From NCBI GenBank assembly GCA_041744135.1, contig JBGTLM010000107.1, positions 4,488 to 68,487 on the forward strand: 64,000 bases of DNA, given 5' to 3'. The notes beneath the pieces were generated by a model. That model did not search any database. It saw only the letters and a list, made by a program, of their open reading frames with translations, and was not told the DNA's origin. Shown here piece by piece: positions 1-9,317 of this stretch. The translations under genes and the position numbers were made by a program. The number at the start of each line of letters is the position of its first letter. The stretch's first letter is position 1. This DNA is from Pyrinomonadaceae bacterium (lineage in GTDB: Bacteria > Acidobacteriota > Blastocatellia > Pyrinomonadales > Pyrinomonadaceae).

Positions 1-154
1 TATCGATCAGCGCAGCCGCATTTCGGATCGCGTTGTACTCGTGTTCGTGATGAGGTTCGTAGGAGCTGACTGCGTAGTAGCCAGACCACTCTCTATAGTT
101 CAAGCTTTCGCAGAGCTGGAAAGTTCTTTCGTGAAAAGCAGTTCCGATGGGCAT
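1..154 (-). CDS. aminomethyltransferase (GcvT-type folate-binding) family protein; only the N-terminal 51 codons are present because the gene runs off the window
   Basis: Reverse-strand ATG at 154-152, then MPIGTAFHERTFQLCESLNYREWSGYYAVSSYEPHHEHEYNAIRNAAALID open to the window edge. The N-terminal pattern matches GcvT-family proteins as I recall them. Confidence 0.5.
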   Translation of the reverse strand, partial: MPIGTAFHERTFQLCESLNYREWSGYYAVSSYEPHHEHEYNAIRNAAALID

Positions 155-183
155 TCTTTAGTGCTCCGTTGCAAAGTGGGCGT

Positions 184-247
184 AGTTTAGAGTTCAAGCT
201 TTAGCTTGTCGCCCGCAAGTCGCAACCTAAAAGTTGAACTCTAAACT
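184..247. repeat. intergenic hairpin element with a perfect 14-bp inverted repeat
   Basis: AGTTTAGAGTTCAA (184-197) and TTGAACTCTAAACT (234-247) are exact reverse complements. Confidence 0.6.
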
Positions 248-350
248 TCCGGACTCTAGCTGAACCAGTAATTGCAACTCCCCCTGTTTGTCAGAGCCAG
301 TGATTATAAGTATCCTAACGATTCTTCAGCAAGTTGCATACCGACAACAG

Positions 351-1943
351 ATGAATACGCACTACGACGTCGTCGTAATTGGCGGCGGACATAATGGCTT
401 GGTTAATGCCGCTTATCTTGCTCGGGCCGGAAAAAAGGTGCTGGTCCTGGAGCGGCGGCACGTGGTGGGCGGGGCGGCCGTGACGGAAGAAGTATTCCCC
501 GGTTTCAAGTTTTCCGTCTGCTCCTACGTCGTTTCGCTGCTCCGCCCCGAAATCATTCGAGAACTCGATCTGCCTCGGCACGGCCTGGAAATCCTTCCCC
601 TAGACGGTACGTTCACCCCGATGCCGAACGGGGATTACCTGTGGCGTGTCAACGATCATGCGAAGACGCGACGCGAAATCGCACGCCATTCCAGACTGGA
701 CGCCGAAGCCTACGACGAATACGGCAAAGCCATGATCGAGATGGCCCACTTCGTGAAGCCCATCATGAGCATGACCCCGCCCGATCCAACCTCACTGAAT
801 CTGAAGGGATTGAAGGATCTGCTTTTCCTGGGCCGCCGATTTCAGCATCTGCCCGAGGAGGACAAGTATAACCAGGTGCAGTTGATGACCATGAGCGCCG
901 TGGATTTCCTGGATCAGTGGTTTGAAACTGATGTACTCAAGGCGACGATGTCGGCCTCTGGAATCATCGGCACGTTTCTGGGCGTGCGCAGTCCGGGCAC
1001 TGCATACGTGTTGCTGCATCACTACATGGGCGAGATCGACGGCGCCTTTCGTTCCTGGGGACTCTCGCGTGGTGGTACCGGGGCCATCTCAAACGCGATT
1101 GGCGATGCCGCGCGCGAGGCGGGAGCAGAGATCCGCACAGAAGCACCGATTGAAAAGATCATTCTTAAGAATGGCCAAGCGAAAGGCGTGGTGCTCAAGA
1201 ACGGCGACGAGATTTACGCGGACGTGATTTCGTCAAGTGTCGATCCCAGGCTGACGTTCATCAAGATGGTCGGCGAAGCCCATCTGCCCGATGACTTTGC
1301 CGCTGACCTCAAGCGTTACAAATACCGCGGCTCATCAGGAAAGGTAAATCTTGCGCTTGACGGACTGCCGAACCTTATCTCCCTGCCCGGACCCGGACCC
1401 CACCTGCGCGGAGCCATTTCGGTTTCACCGTCAGTGGATTACATGGAACGGGCCTACGATGAAGCGAAGTATGGTCGCTTCTCGCGTCGTCCCTACATCG
1501 ACATCGTGATTCCGAGTTTGACCGATCCATCCGTGGCGCCGCCAGGCAAGCATGTGATGTCGTGCTTTGTGCAATACGCGCCCTACAATTTGAAGGAAGG
1601 AAACTGGGACGACAAACGCGAAGAGTTTGGCGATACGGTGATCGAAACGATTGCCGAACACGCACCCAACATCAAAGATTTGATTCTTCATCGCCAGGTG
1701 TTGACGCCATTGGATATTGAACGCGACTTTGGTCTTTCCGAAGGCAACATCTTCCAGGGTGAGCTCACGCTGGAGCAACTTTTCTTCCTGCGGCCTGCCC
1801 CGGGCTGGGCGCAGTATCGCACCCCCATTCGCAATCTCTACATGTGCGGATCAGCAACCCATCCGGGAGGGGGCATAATGGGAGCGCCGGGACGCAACGC
1901 CGCGATGCAACTCTTAAAGGATTGGAAACGTGGGAGGGTGTAA
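351..1943 (+). CDS. phytoene-desaturase (CrtI)-family NAD(P)/FAD-dependent oxidoreductase, paralog 1
   Basis: ATG at 351 gives MNTHYDVVVIGGGHNGL (a GxGxxG dinucleotide fold at the N-terminus). The C-terminus reads ...MCGSATHPGGGIMGAPGRNAA, typical of the family. The tracked ORF begins at an upstream TTG (288), which I consider less likely. Confidence 0.8.
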   Translation: MNTHYDVVVIGGGHNGLVNAAYLARAGKKVLVLERRHVVGGAAVTEEVFPGFKFSVCSYVVSLLRPEIIRELDLPRHGLEILPLDGTFTPMPNGDYLWRVNDHAKTRREIARHSRLDAEAYDEYGKAMIEMAHFVKPIMSMTPPDPTSLNLKGLKDLLFLGRRFQHLPEEDKYNQVQLMTMSAVDFLDQWFETDVLKATMSASGIIGTFLGVRSPGTAYVLLHHYMGEIDGAFRSWGLSRGGTGAISNAIGDAAREAGAEIRTEAPIEKIILKNGQAKGVVLKNGDEIYADVISSSVDPRLTFIKMVGEAHLPDDFAADLKRYKYRGSSGKVNLALDGLPNLISLPGPGPHLRGAISVSPSVDYMERAYDEAKYGRFSRRPYIDIVIPSLTDPSVAPPGKHVMSCFVQYAPYNLKEGNWDDKREEFGDTVIETIAEHAPNIKDLILHRQVLTPLDIERDFGLSEGNIFQGELTLEQLFFLRPAPGWAQYRTPIRNLYMCGSATHPGGGIMGAPGRNAAMQLLKDWKRGRV

Positions 1944-1948
1944 GAAAA

Positions 1949-2055
1949 TTAGCCGCGGATTTACGCGGATACACGCGGATAGGAACAAAACCCATACAAC
2001 GTTTTTGATTAAGCTTTTTTCAGATCCGCGTTTATCCGCGTGCATCCGCGGCTAA
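1949..2055. repeat. family-A palindromic element (TTAGCCGCGGAT ... ATCCGCGGCTAA) with internal ACGCGGAT / ATCCGCGT sub-repeats
   Basis: The terminal 12-mers at 1949-1960 and 2044-2055 are exact reverse complements. Left-arm CGCGGAT units are mirrored by right-arm ATCCGCG units. The element fills the gap between the two CrtI-like genes. Confidence 0.75.
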
Positions 2056-2083
2056 ATTTTGTTTGGATTCGCTGACACCGAGA

Positions 2084-3673
2084 ATGGCAACTCGAGACAT
2101 CATCATCATTGGCGGCGGCCATAATGGCCTTGTGGCCGCCTGCTATCTAGCCAAGGCGGGATTGAAGACGCTCGTCCTCGAACGGCGCGAGGTTGTCGGT
2201 GGTGGCGCAGCTACTGAAGAGATCCTTCCCGGCTTCCGTTGCTCAACTCTAGCCCACTCCGCCGGCCCACTATTCCCGGCTGTCGTCAGAGATCTGAATC
2301 TAGCGCGTCATGGACTTGAAACGATAAATCCCGAAGTTCGCGTTTTGGCTCTCGACCCCAATGGCCAATCCGTGGCTATCTACAACGAGCAGACCCGCAC
2401 GGTTGCCGACCTTAAAAAGATCTCCGCCCGCGACGCCAAAAGCTATCCCGAATTCGCAGCTAGCTTCACCCGCATCGGACGCGTCCTGTCTCCTTTGCTC
2501 AGGATGACGCCGCCCTCAATTGAAAAGCCCGCGCCGGGTGAACTCTTGAATTTGGGCCGGCTAGGCCTGTCGTTTCGCAGGCTTGGTAAGAAAGACGCGT
2601 TTCGCTTACTTCGGTGGGGACCGATGGCGGTTGCGGACCTCGTTTCCGAATGGTTCGAGACCGAACTGCTGCGGGCCACCGTCGCTGCGCGCGGCATCTT
2701 CGGTGCGTTCGCTGGACCATGGTCCGCCGGGACCAGCACCGGACTCTTATGGCAAGCGGCCATGGATGGTCACGCAGTGGGCCCAGCATCCTTTGTTAAA
2801 GGTGGGATGGGAGCGCTCACGGACGCGCTGGCGAAAGCTGCCACCAATGCAGGGGTAGAAATCAGAACCAAGGCTGAGGTGGAGCGAGTTCTGGTCGTCG
2901 AAGGCATGGCCTCGCAGGTTGTGCTGAAGAGCGGGGAGGAGATTCCAGCGCGCGCCGTGGTTTCAAACGCTGACCCCAGGACTACCTTCAGGCGATTAGT
3001 GGATCCGCTCGATCTCGACCCGGACTTTCTGATGAAGATACGTAACTTTCGCGCCTTCGGAAGTGCGGGGAAAATCAATCTGGCTCTCTCCGGTCTGCCG
3101 TCGTTCCCCGCCCTAAACGGCGGTGATGCTAAGGCCAGACTTTCAGGCCGGATTCATATCGGGCCGGACGTCGACTACCTTGAGCGCGCCTTCGACGCCG
3201 CGAAGTACGGCGACTGCTCGCCTTCGCCGTATATGGACATTACGATTCCATCGCTTACGGATCCATCTTTGGCGCCGCCAGGTGCGCATGTCATGTCGGT
3301 CCATGTCCAGTTTGCACCCTACAAACTAAAAACCGGCGATTGGAATTCTCGGCGCGAAGAGTTTGGCGATACGGTAATCAATTGCCTAACAGAATACGCG
3401 CCGAATCTTAGGGAGTTGATCGTTAATCGTCAGATCATAACGCCCCTCGATCTCGAGCAGACTTACGGATTGAGTGGTGGACACATCATGCATGGCGAAC
3501 AGACCCTCGATCAGTTTTTCACATTTCGGCCGTTGATAGGCTGGGCCCAATATCGAACCCCGATCAACGGACTCTATCTCTGCGGGGCCGGCACGCACCC
3601 AGGCGGCGGCATAACTGGTGGGCCGGGCGCGAATGCCGCGCGGGAGATCATTAAGGATTTTCGGAAGAAGTGA
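2084..3673 (+). CDS. phytoene-desaturase (CrtI)-family NAD(P)/FAD-dependent oxidoreductase, paralog 2
   Basis: ATG at 2084 gives MATRDIIIIGGGHNGL. The C-terminal ~110 aa align almost residue for residue with paralog 1 (REEFGDTVI..., GWAQYRTPI..., THPGGGI). Confidence 0.8.
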   Translation: MATRDIIIIGGGHNGLVAACYLAKAGLKTLVLERREVVGGGAATEEILPGFRCSTLAHSAGPLFPAVVRDLNLARHGLETINPEVRVLALDPNGQSVAIYNEQTRTVADLKKISARDAKSYPEFAASFTRIGRVLSPLLRMTPPSIEKPAPGELLNLGRLGLSFRRLGKKDAFRLLRWGPMAVADLVSEWFETELLRATVAARGIFGAFAGPWSAGTSTGLLWQAAMDGHAVGPASFVKGGMGALTDALAKAATNAGVEIRTKAEVERVLVVEGMASQVVLKSGEEIPARAVVSNADPRTTFRRLVDPLDLDPDFLMKIRNFRAFGSAGKINLALSGLPSFPALNGGDAKARLSGRIHIGPDVDYLERAFDAAKYGDCSPSPYMDITIPSLTDPSLAPPGAHVMSVHVQFAPYKLKTGDWNSRREEFGDTVINCLTEYAPNLRELIVNRQIITPLDLEQTYGLSGGHIMHGEQTLDQFFTFRPLIGWAQYRTPINGLYLCGAGTHPGGGITGGPGANAAREIIKDFRKK

Positions 3674-3679
3674 TCTGAG

Positions 3680-3975
3680 CATTGTTCATTTGTCATAATT
3701 TGACATTTCTCATTTGGTCATTGCAAAACGGTAGAGGTAACTGGTGTGTCCAGTAGCGAACTCACTCAAGCCGCGCTCATGAGGTCAGTACCACCCGCGG
3801 TAGCGGGTGGGTTCGGGCCAGCCACCACTCACGCCGAGTAGAGTCGCTACTCATGACCCACCCGTACCGCGCGGTGGTACTGACCTCATCGGCCGTGGGT
3901 GAGTGAGTCGCTACTCACGACCCACCTGGTAAGCGCGAGGTGGTCTGCCAAATGATAAATGGAAAAATCAGAACG
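3680..3975. repeat. composite repeat: three REP-like units (GAGTCGCTACTCAYGACCCACC...GGTGGT) framed by AT-rich 'CATTTGTCAT / AAATGATAAATGG' arms
   Basis: CTCATGAGGTCAGTACCACCCGCGGTAGCGGGTGGGT (3777-3813) pairs with ACCCACCCGTACCGCGCGGTGGTACTGACCTCAT (3857-3890). A second direct unit, GAGTCGCTACTCACGACCCACC, starts at 3906. The outer arms at 3680-3724 and 3948-3975 are mutually inverted. Confidence 0.6.
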
Positions 3976-4003
3976 ACCTAAAACCTGAAGACCAAAACTC
4001 ATT

Positions 4004-5041
4004 ATGGCAACCAAACCCAAGCGCAGTTTTGCCAGTGACAACAACGCCGGCGTTCATCCCAAGGTGTTGGAAGCGATTGGCGCGGCTAATGACGGGCACG
4101 TGGTTGCCTACGGCGACGATCCCTACACTGACGCGGCGGTCGCGCTCTTCCGCGAACAGTTCGGCAAAGAGGTTGAGGTCTACTTTGTCTTCGGCGGCAC
4201 GGGCGCGAATGTGCTGGGGCTAAAAGCTGTCACTGAGCCCCATCATGCCATCATCTGCGCGGACACGGCGCACATTAACGTAGATGAGTGTGGCGCGCCG
4301 GAAAAATTCACGGGCTGTAAACTGCTCTCTCTGCCAACCCGTGACGGAAAGATCACAATCGACCAGATTAGTCCGATGCTGGACGCAGTCGGTTTCGAAC
4401 ATCACGTTCAGCCGCGCGTGATTTCAATTTCTCAATCCACCGAGATGGGAACTGTCTACAACCCCGGGGAGCTGAAAAAACTCTCGTCCTTCGCCCACAA
4501 GAACGAAATGCTGCTGCACATGGATGGCGCACGCATAGCAAACGCGGCGGCGAGTTTAAAGGCCAACCTGAGCACCATAACGAAGGACGTCGGTGTGGAT
4601 GTGCTCTCTTTCGGTGGCGCCAAGAACGGGATGATGTACGGGGAAGCTGTCATCTTCTTCGACCGAAGTCTGGCAAAGGACTTCAAGTACACACGAAAGC
4701 AAGGCGCGCACCTGCCTTCAAAAATGCGCTTTATCTCAGTGCAATTTTCAGCACTCTTGTCGAATGATCTCTGGCGGGAGAATGCGGCCCAAGCCAACAA
4801 TATGGCCAAACTTCTGGCGCAGGAACTGGGAAGGATTCCCGTCGTCGAGATTACTCAGAAGGTGGAATCAAATGGTGTGTTTGCGCGCCTATCCAAAAAA
4901 TATGTAGCTATTCTGCAGAAGCAATATTTCTTTTACGTTTGGAATGAACAAACATCCGAGGTCAGATTTATGACCTCCTTCGACACAACGCCGCAAGACA
5001 TCAGCGATTTTGTAGCTTTGATCAAAAAGACTCTCCGCTAA
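4004..5041 (+). CDS. low-specificity L-threonine aldolase (beta-eliminating lyase / PLP fold-type I family)
   Basis: FASDNNAGVHPKVLEAI...YGDDPYT...VFGGTGANVL...SQSTEMGTVY...SFGGAKNG matches the threonine aldolase family layout. Confidence 0.75.
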   Translation: MATKPKRSFASDNNAGVHPKVLEAIGAANDGHVVAYGDDPYTDAAVALFREQFGKEVEVYFVFGGTGANVLGLKAVTEPHHAIICADTAHINVDECGAPEKFTGCKLLSLPTRDGKITIDQISPMLDAVGFEHHVQPRVISISQSTEMGTVYNPGELKKLSSFAHKNEMLLHMDGARIANAAASLKANLSTITKDVGVDVLSFGGAKNGMMYGEAVIFFDRSLAKDFKYTRKQGAHLPSKMRFISVQFSALLSNDLWRENAAQANNMAKLLAQELGRIPVVEITQKVESNGVFARLSKKYVAILQKQYFFYVWNEQTSEVRFMTSFDTTPQDISDFVALIKKTLR

Positions 5042-5061
5042 TTAGACGTCATAAGAAAAAC

Positions 5062-5167
5062 TAGCCGCGGATGAACGCGGAAAAACGCGGATCTGAAACA
5101 GCCGTCACTTTAATTGGACTGCTGTTCTTTTCTGAATCCGCGTTCATCCGCGTAGATCCGCGGCTAA
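5062..5167. repeat. family-A palindromic element
   Basis: TAGCCGCGGATGAACGCGGAAAAACGCGGATCTGAAA ... TTCTGAATCCGCGTTCATCCGCGTAGATCCGCGGCTA. It lies between convergent gene ends, so it could double as a bidirectional terminator. Confidence 0.75.
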
Positions 5168-5171
5168 GATT

Positions 5172-6314
5172 TCACTTGTCCGGTAGCGGCGGTTTCGTTA
5201 ACTTGCAGTCGACGTCCAACGACTTGAGGAAATCCAGCAACGCCTGGCGCTGATCTGGCAGGACGTTGTGCTGCTCGAGGTTCTTTCGGTCCAGGTACCG
5301 ATTTGGTCTGCCGCCGCCCAGCATGATGTCCAGGGCTTCTTCGAGTGTCTTCGCGCTACCGTCGTGAAAATAAGGGGCCGACTGGGCGATGTCGCGCAGC
5401 GTGGGCGTCTTGAATGCTCCTGTGTCTTCTGGTTTGTTGGTGACTCTGAACCTGCCGACGTCTGGATCTTTCTGGTCCATGCCGATGCCCACATTGTGAT
5501 ACTGCTGGTCGGTGAACAACACGCCATCGTGGCAATTCGTGCACTTGATAGCCTGAAAGACATTCCACCCGCGCACCGCGCTTTGGCTGAGAGCTGACTG
5601 GTCTCCGGCACGGTAGCGATCCCACGCAGTATCTCCGCTGATGATCGTCCTTTCAAAAGCGGCTATGGCTTTTACGGTATTCTCCGGCGTCGCATCGCTG
5701 CCAAAGACTTTCTGAAACTGCGAGCGGTAACCCTGGATCGCATTCAGCTTGGTGGCAATTTCGTCCGCCTTAGCGCCCATGTTGGCACCAGTCCAGGCCG
5801 CCAGGGCCTGCTTCTCGAGGGAAGTACTGCGACCATCCCAGTAAAACTCCTTGTGGTAACCGATATTCCAAAGTGTCGGGCTGCTGCGCGGCAACTGTTT
5901 ATTGAAGGCTCCAATGGATTTTGCTAATCCATCAGTTAACCCCATTTCGCAGACGTGGCAGGAATAACATGAGCGCGACCCGTCGCCGCTTAGTCGTTCG
6001 TCAAAAAACAACTGGCGACCGAGCGCCACCTTTTCGGGCGACATCGGATTATCGGCCGAGTCGGGCATTGCTTCGAAGGTTGTCAACTGCTGGGAAAGGG
6101 GCAGAATCTCAGGCTGAAACCCCATTGTTTCGGTCTGTCTCTTACAGCCGCCTAGCGCGACCGCAGATGTCAAAAGAGCCACTACGAAGTAGCTAAAGCG
6201 AATCGGGTTTTGGTCATTTAGTGCCAGCGCGGAAACCTGCCCTCCAACTTGAGTGAGCCTGGATACCCTTTGAATGGAGCGGAGTCTGCACCGCTCATAG
6301 AAAACGTCTAGCAT
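5172..6314 (-). CDS. di-haem cytochrome c peroxidase (CCP/MauG family), probable lipoprotein
   Basis: Two CxxCH haem motifs (CYSCH, CTNCH) and FKTPTLRDIAQSAPYFHDGS. A lipobox-like ALGGC follows a hydrophobic stretch. The true start may lie downstream of the ATG at 6314. Confidence 0.85.
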   Translation of the reverse strand: MLDVFYERCRLRSIQRVSRLTQVGGQVSALALNDQNPIRFSYFVVALLTSAVALGGCKRQTETMGFQPEILPLSQQLTTFEAMPDSADNPMSPEKVALGRQLFFDERLSGDGSRSCYSCHVCEMGLTDGLAKSIGAFNKQLPRSSPTLWNIGYHKEFYWDGRSTSLEKQALAAWTGANMGAKADEIATKLNAIQGYRSQFQKVFGSDATPENTVKAIAAFERTIISGDTAWDRYRAGDQSALSQSAVRGWNVFQAIKCTNCHDGVLFTDQQYHNVGIGMDQKDPDVGRFRVTNKPEDTGAFKTPTLRDIAQSAPYFHDGSAKTLEEALDIMLGGGRPNRYLDRKNLEQHNVLPDQRQALLDFLKSLDVDCKLTKPPLPDK

Positions 6315-6678
6315 CGGGATCCATCTCCTAAGGAACTAGACGCGTTAGTCAAATGATTTTAACAACGGCGTGACTCCGCTTGTTCCTTTCAATTATAACG
6401 CGAGCCGCCCGCGTTTGATGCTGAAGGGAACTGTGCCGCGAAAACACGGAGACGCGCCTAATTCCCCCACTCCCGAAACAGTAAATGACGTGTTTTCGGC
6501 TTTCATTGCAAATTGACCGGTTGAGGGTCATTTGGTTTGTCGTTAGTTTGCAATCAAATTGGCATCGATATCGTCACCTTGCTGTGTCATTTACCGAGTA
6601 GACTGTCGTCATTCGCCCCTGAAATTACGATTTGATTCTGACTAACTAATCCGGGATTAGCATAAGGAGAGCATTTTC

Positions 6679-7653
6679 ATGAGTACTAAAGCAGCGAAAA
6701 TTTTAGCGGGAACTATTCTGACACTTTCAATGGGATCTCTCGCTCTGGGCCAACAACCAACAACCACCACAGTCACGCAAACACCAACTACAGTTACCAA
6801 AACAGTTCAGCATCCCGACGGAACTTATACAGTGATTGAGTATCCGGTGGGCAAAGAAGTAAAAATTGCACTGGATCCAATCACACACAAACAGTCTAAG
6901 GGTGTCGCTACCATCCTACGAGATGACAAAGGCACGAGAGTTGTTATGAACGTGTCAGATGTCCCTACAGACGTGACGGCGATCAATCTCTACGCGGTTG
7001 ATGATACCGGAGCGGTTACCCTACTGGGACCCATCGAGGTTGCAAACGGAGCGGGAACACTTACAACCACAACTCCGCTCAGCAAGTTCATGTTGATTGC
7101 CTCGCCCGAAGCTACGCTGAAGGCTTATGATCCGAGTACGAAAGTCTTCTTTCGCAGCGCGGTGCCCGAAGGCTTCGCGGTGGTGCCACTTGGCAGCCAG
7201 GGGGAGGGTGCTCCTGTAGGAGAGCGTGTGTCCGCTATTACCACTGAGGGAACCACTGCGGCCACCTCCTACAAGGTTGCGATGCTGAACATTCCGGGCT
7301 TCCGCAGAGGGACCGACACAGAGATGAAAATAAAGTTCTCTGGTGCGATGACCGGCGCCCGCGCCAATGTCATCATCACCCCGCGCAAGGATGGCCCAGC
7401 TGAAATCAAGATGCGGTTTCATGAGTTGAAGGAGGCGCCCGCAGGACAAATCTACGTGGTATGGGCGGTTTCGCCCGACAACAAATTCGTCAAACTCGGA
7501 CAGGTAGTTAACGCGCCTGGACGTAACGAGGCGGAAATCCGATCAGAGACGGCGCTGGCTGATTTCGGTCTGCTCGTGACGACGGAGGAGGCGACTGGAA
7601 CCTCAGCTGATCCGGTGGGGCCGGCCATCGGGGTAGTTGAAATCGTGAAATAG
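6679..7653 (+). CDS. secreted hypothetical protein (Thr-rich linker, two beta-rich repeats)
   Basis: AAGGAGAG Shine-Dalgarno about 8 nt upstream of the ATG. Signal-peptide-like MSTKAAKILAGTILTLSMGSLALGQQ. Followed by a clean terminator. Confidence 0.6.
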   Translation: MSTKAAKILAGTILTLSMGSLALGQQPTTTTVTQTPTTVTKTVQHPDGTYTVIEYPVGKEVKIALDPITHKQSKGVATILRDDKGTRVVMNVSDVPTDVTAINLYAVDDTGAVTLLGPIEVANGAGTLTTTTPLSKFMLIASPEATLKAYDPSTKVFFRSAVPEGFAVVPLGSQGEGAPVGERVSAITTEGTTAATSYKVAMLNIPGFRRGTDTEMKIKFSGAMTGARANVIITPRKDGPAEIKMRFHELKEAPAGQIYVVWAVSPDNKFVKLGQVVNAPGRNEAEIRSETALADFGLLVTTEEATGTSADPVGPAIGVVEIVK

Positions 7654-7698
7654 CTAACTTAGCTACCGGAAATCGACCAGGAATTGGCTCTTCGGGTC

Positions 7699-7730
7699 AA
7701 GGCCGCCGCTCGGGCGGCCTTGTTCCTTTT
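7699..7730 (+). terminator. rho-independent terminator
   Basis: AAGGCCGCC-GCTCG-GGCGGCCTT stem-loop followed by GTTCCTTTT. Confidence 0.6.
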
Positions 7731-7946
7731 GGGGTACAAACAAAACTCTGGCGCTTCTCATTTTCGTTGGTTAAGATGGCTCTGGAGGTCCTGAGGATAT
7801 TAACCCTTCCTCCTGAATACCCCGGCCCTTCCACGACCTTTCGTTCAACCGCGAGCTACAAACGCCGGCACCGTTCCGGTGTTGCTCAAAATTGAAACAA
7901 TATATCGCCGTTCCCCCGGTTTTTACCTCAATGGTGATTAACGATA

Positions 7947-9095
7947 ATGCACAAACGAATTTCCCCCCTACCATTTGTCGTCGCCTTCGTCTTGACGGCT
8001 TACCTCCCCCATGCGACGCCGGCCCAAGAATCTCTTCCCGAACTGGTTAGACGAGTTAAGCCGGCGATTGTCGCTGTCGTTACCTACAATGCAAAGGGCG
8101 ACGCACTGACGACTGGAAGCGGCTTTTTCATCCGACCTGGACAAGTAGTAACAAACCTTCACGTCATTCGTGGGGCGCGCAGAACTGACGTCAAAACACT
8201 GGATGGTAAAGGCCGTGTGTATAAAGTTTCGGGCCTGCTTGCAGTCGATGAGGAAGGAGACCTCGCGCTGATGCGGGTGGACATGCCGACCGACCGACCT
8301 CGATCCAGCGAACTCGCTAGGAGTCTGCCGGAGGAGGGCGAGACAGTTTTCGTGATCGGCAACCCACTAAAACTGGAAGGTTCGGTAAGTGACGGTATCG
8401 TGTCGGCGGTTCGTGAAGTGCCGGGCGTAGGCAAGATAATCCAAACTACCGCGCCGATATCGCATGGAAACAGCGGCAGTCCGATCTTCAATCTGAAGGG
8501 TGAGGTTGTCGGAGTCGTCACCGTCAAGGTTACTAACGGGCAAAACATTAGTCTGGCCATCAGCTCAGACCGCGTGCGGGAGCTGAAACCGGGTACCTTG
8601 AGCAGCCTGGCTGAGATACCAGCGAAGGACAAGATACTCGACGTTGGTGAAGCTCTCTATCGAACCGGACTCGATTCTCTGTGGCTGGGAAATTACGACC
8701 ATGCGGTTAGTTATTTCGAAAATGCCGTCTACAGAAATCCGAAACGCGCGGACGCCTGGATTCAAGTAGGCTACTGTAAAGTGAAGCAAGGCAAGAACGA
8801 CGAGGCCATCAAAGCCTATCAACAGGCTTTGGAACTCGAGCCCAGTTCAGAAGAAATTCTAAACAAGTTGGGTGATGCCTATTACTATGCGGGCCGATTG
8901 CCTGAAGCAATCCAATCATACAAGGAAGCTGCTCGCCTGCATCCGGCCAGAGCCGAGGCCTTCTACAACCTCGCGCTCGTTTACTTTGAGGGCGGCAATC
9001 AGCGACTGGCTCTGTCTCATGCTCACGCCCTCCAACTGCTGGATGAGAAGCTCTACGAGAAGTTCCTTAGCGAGACGAGAGGCGGTCGGCAGTAA
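7947..9095 (+). CDS. trypsin-like (S1C-type) serine protease fused to C-terminal TPR repeats
   Basis: Catalytic triad contexts TNLHVI (His), DLALMRV (Asp) and GNSGSPIF (Ser). The C-terminal ~150 aa carry TPR-type repeats (AWIQVGYCKVKQGKNDEAIKAYQQALELEP...). Confidence 0.75.
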   Translation: MHKRISPLPFVVAFVLTAYLPHATPAQESLPELVRRVKPAIVAVVTYNAKGDALTTGSGFFIRPGQVVTNLHVIRGARRTDVKTLDGKGRVYKVSGLLAVDEEGDLALMRVDMPTDRPRSSELARSLPEEGETVFVIGNPLKLEGSVSDGIVSAVREVPGVGKIIQTTAPISHGNSGSPIFNLKGEVVGVVTVKVTNGQNISLAISSDRVRELKPGTLSSLAEIPAKDKILDVGEALYRTGLDSLWLGNYDHAVSYFENAVYRNPKRADAWIQVGYCKVKQGKNDEAIKAYQQALELEPSSEEILNKLGDAYYYAGRLPEAIQSYKEAARLHPARAEAFYNLALVYFEGGNQRLALSHAHALQLLDEKLYEKFLSETRGGRQ

Positions 9096-9122
9096 GGCAC
9101 CGTTTGAGGCGCTCGGCAGACT

Positions 9123-9272
9123 GAGAACGAAGACGTTTCAATTTCCGTTCTCATTCCCATTTGCCCTGGAAATCACAGGACGTTAACTAGGGCGCGATCA
9201 GACAAAGAGCGCTGCGCACGCCGAAATGCCGAATGAGAAATGCAAATTGAGAATGCAAAAATGGAAAATGAG
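9123..9272. repeat. AT-rich 'GAATGAGAA / CATTTGC' inverted-repeat element
   Basis: GAGAACG...CGTTCTCATTCCCATTTGC (9123-9162) faces GCAAATTGAGAATGCAAAAATGGAAAATGAG (9241-9272). It has the same flavour as the arms at 3680-3724. Confidence 0.4.
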
Positions 9273-9317
9273 CTTCAGCTAACCTCGCAATAAGGACCGA
9301 TCGAACTAGCCCTTGCC

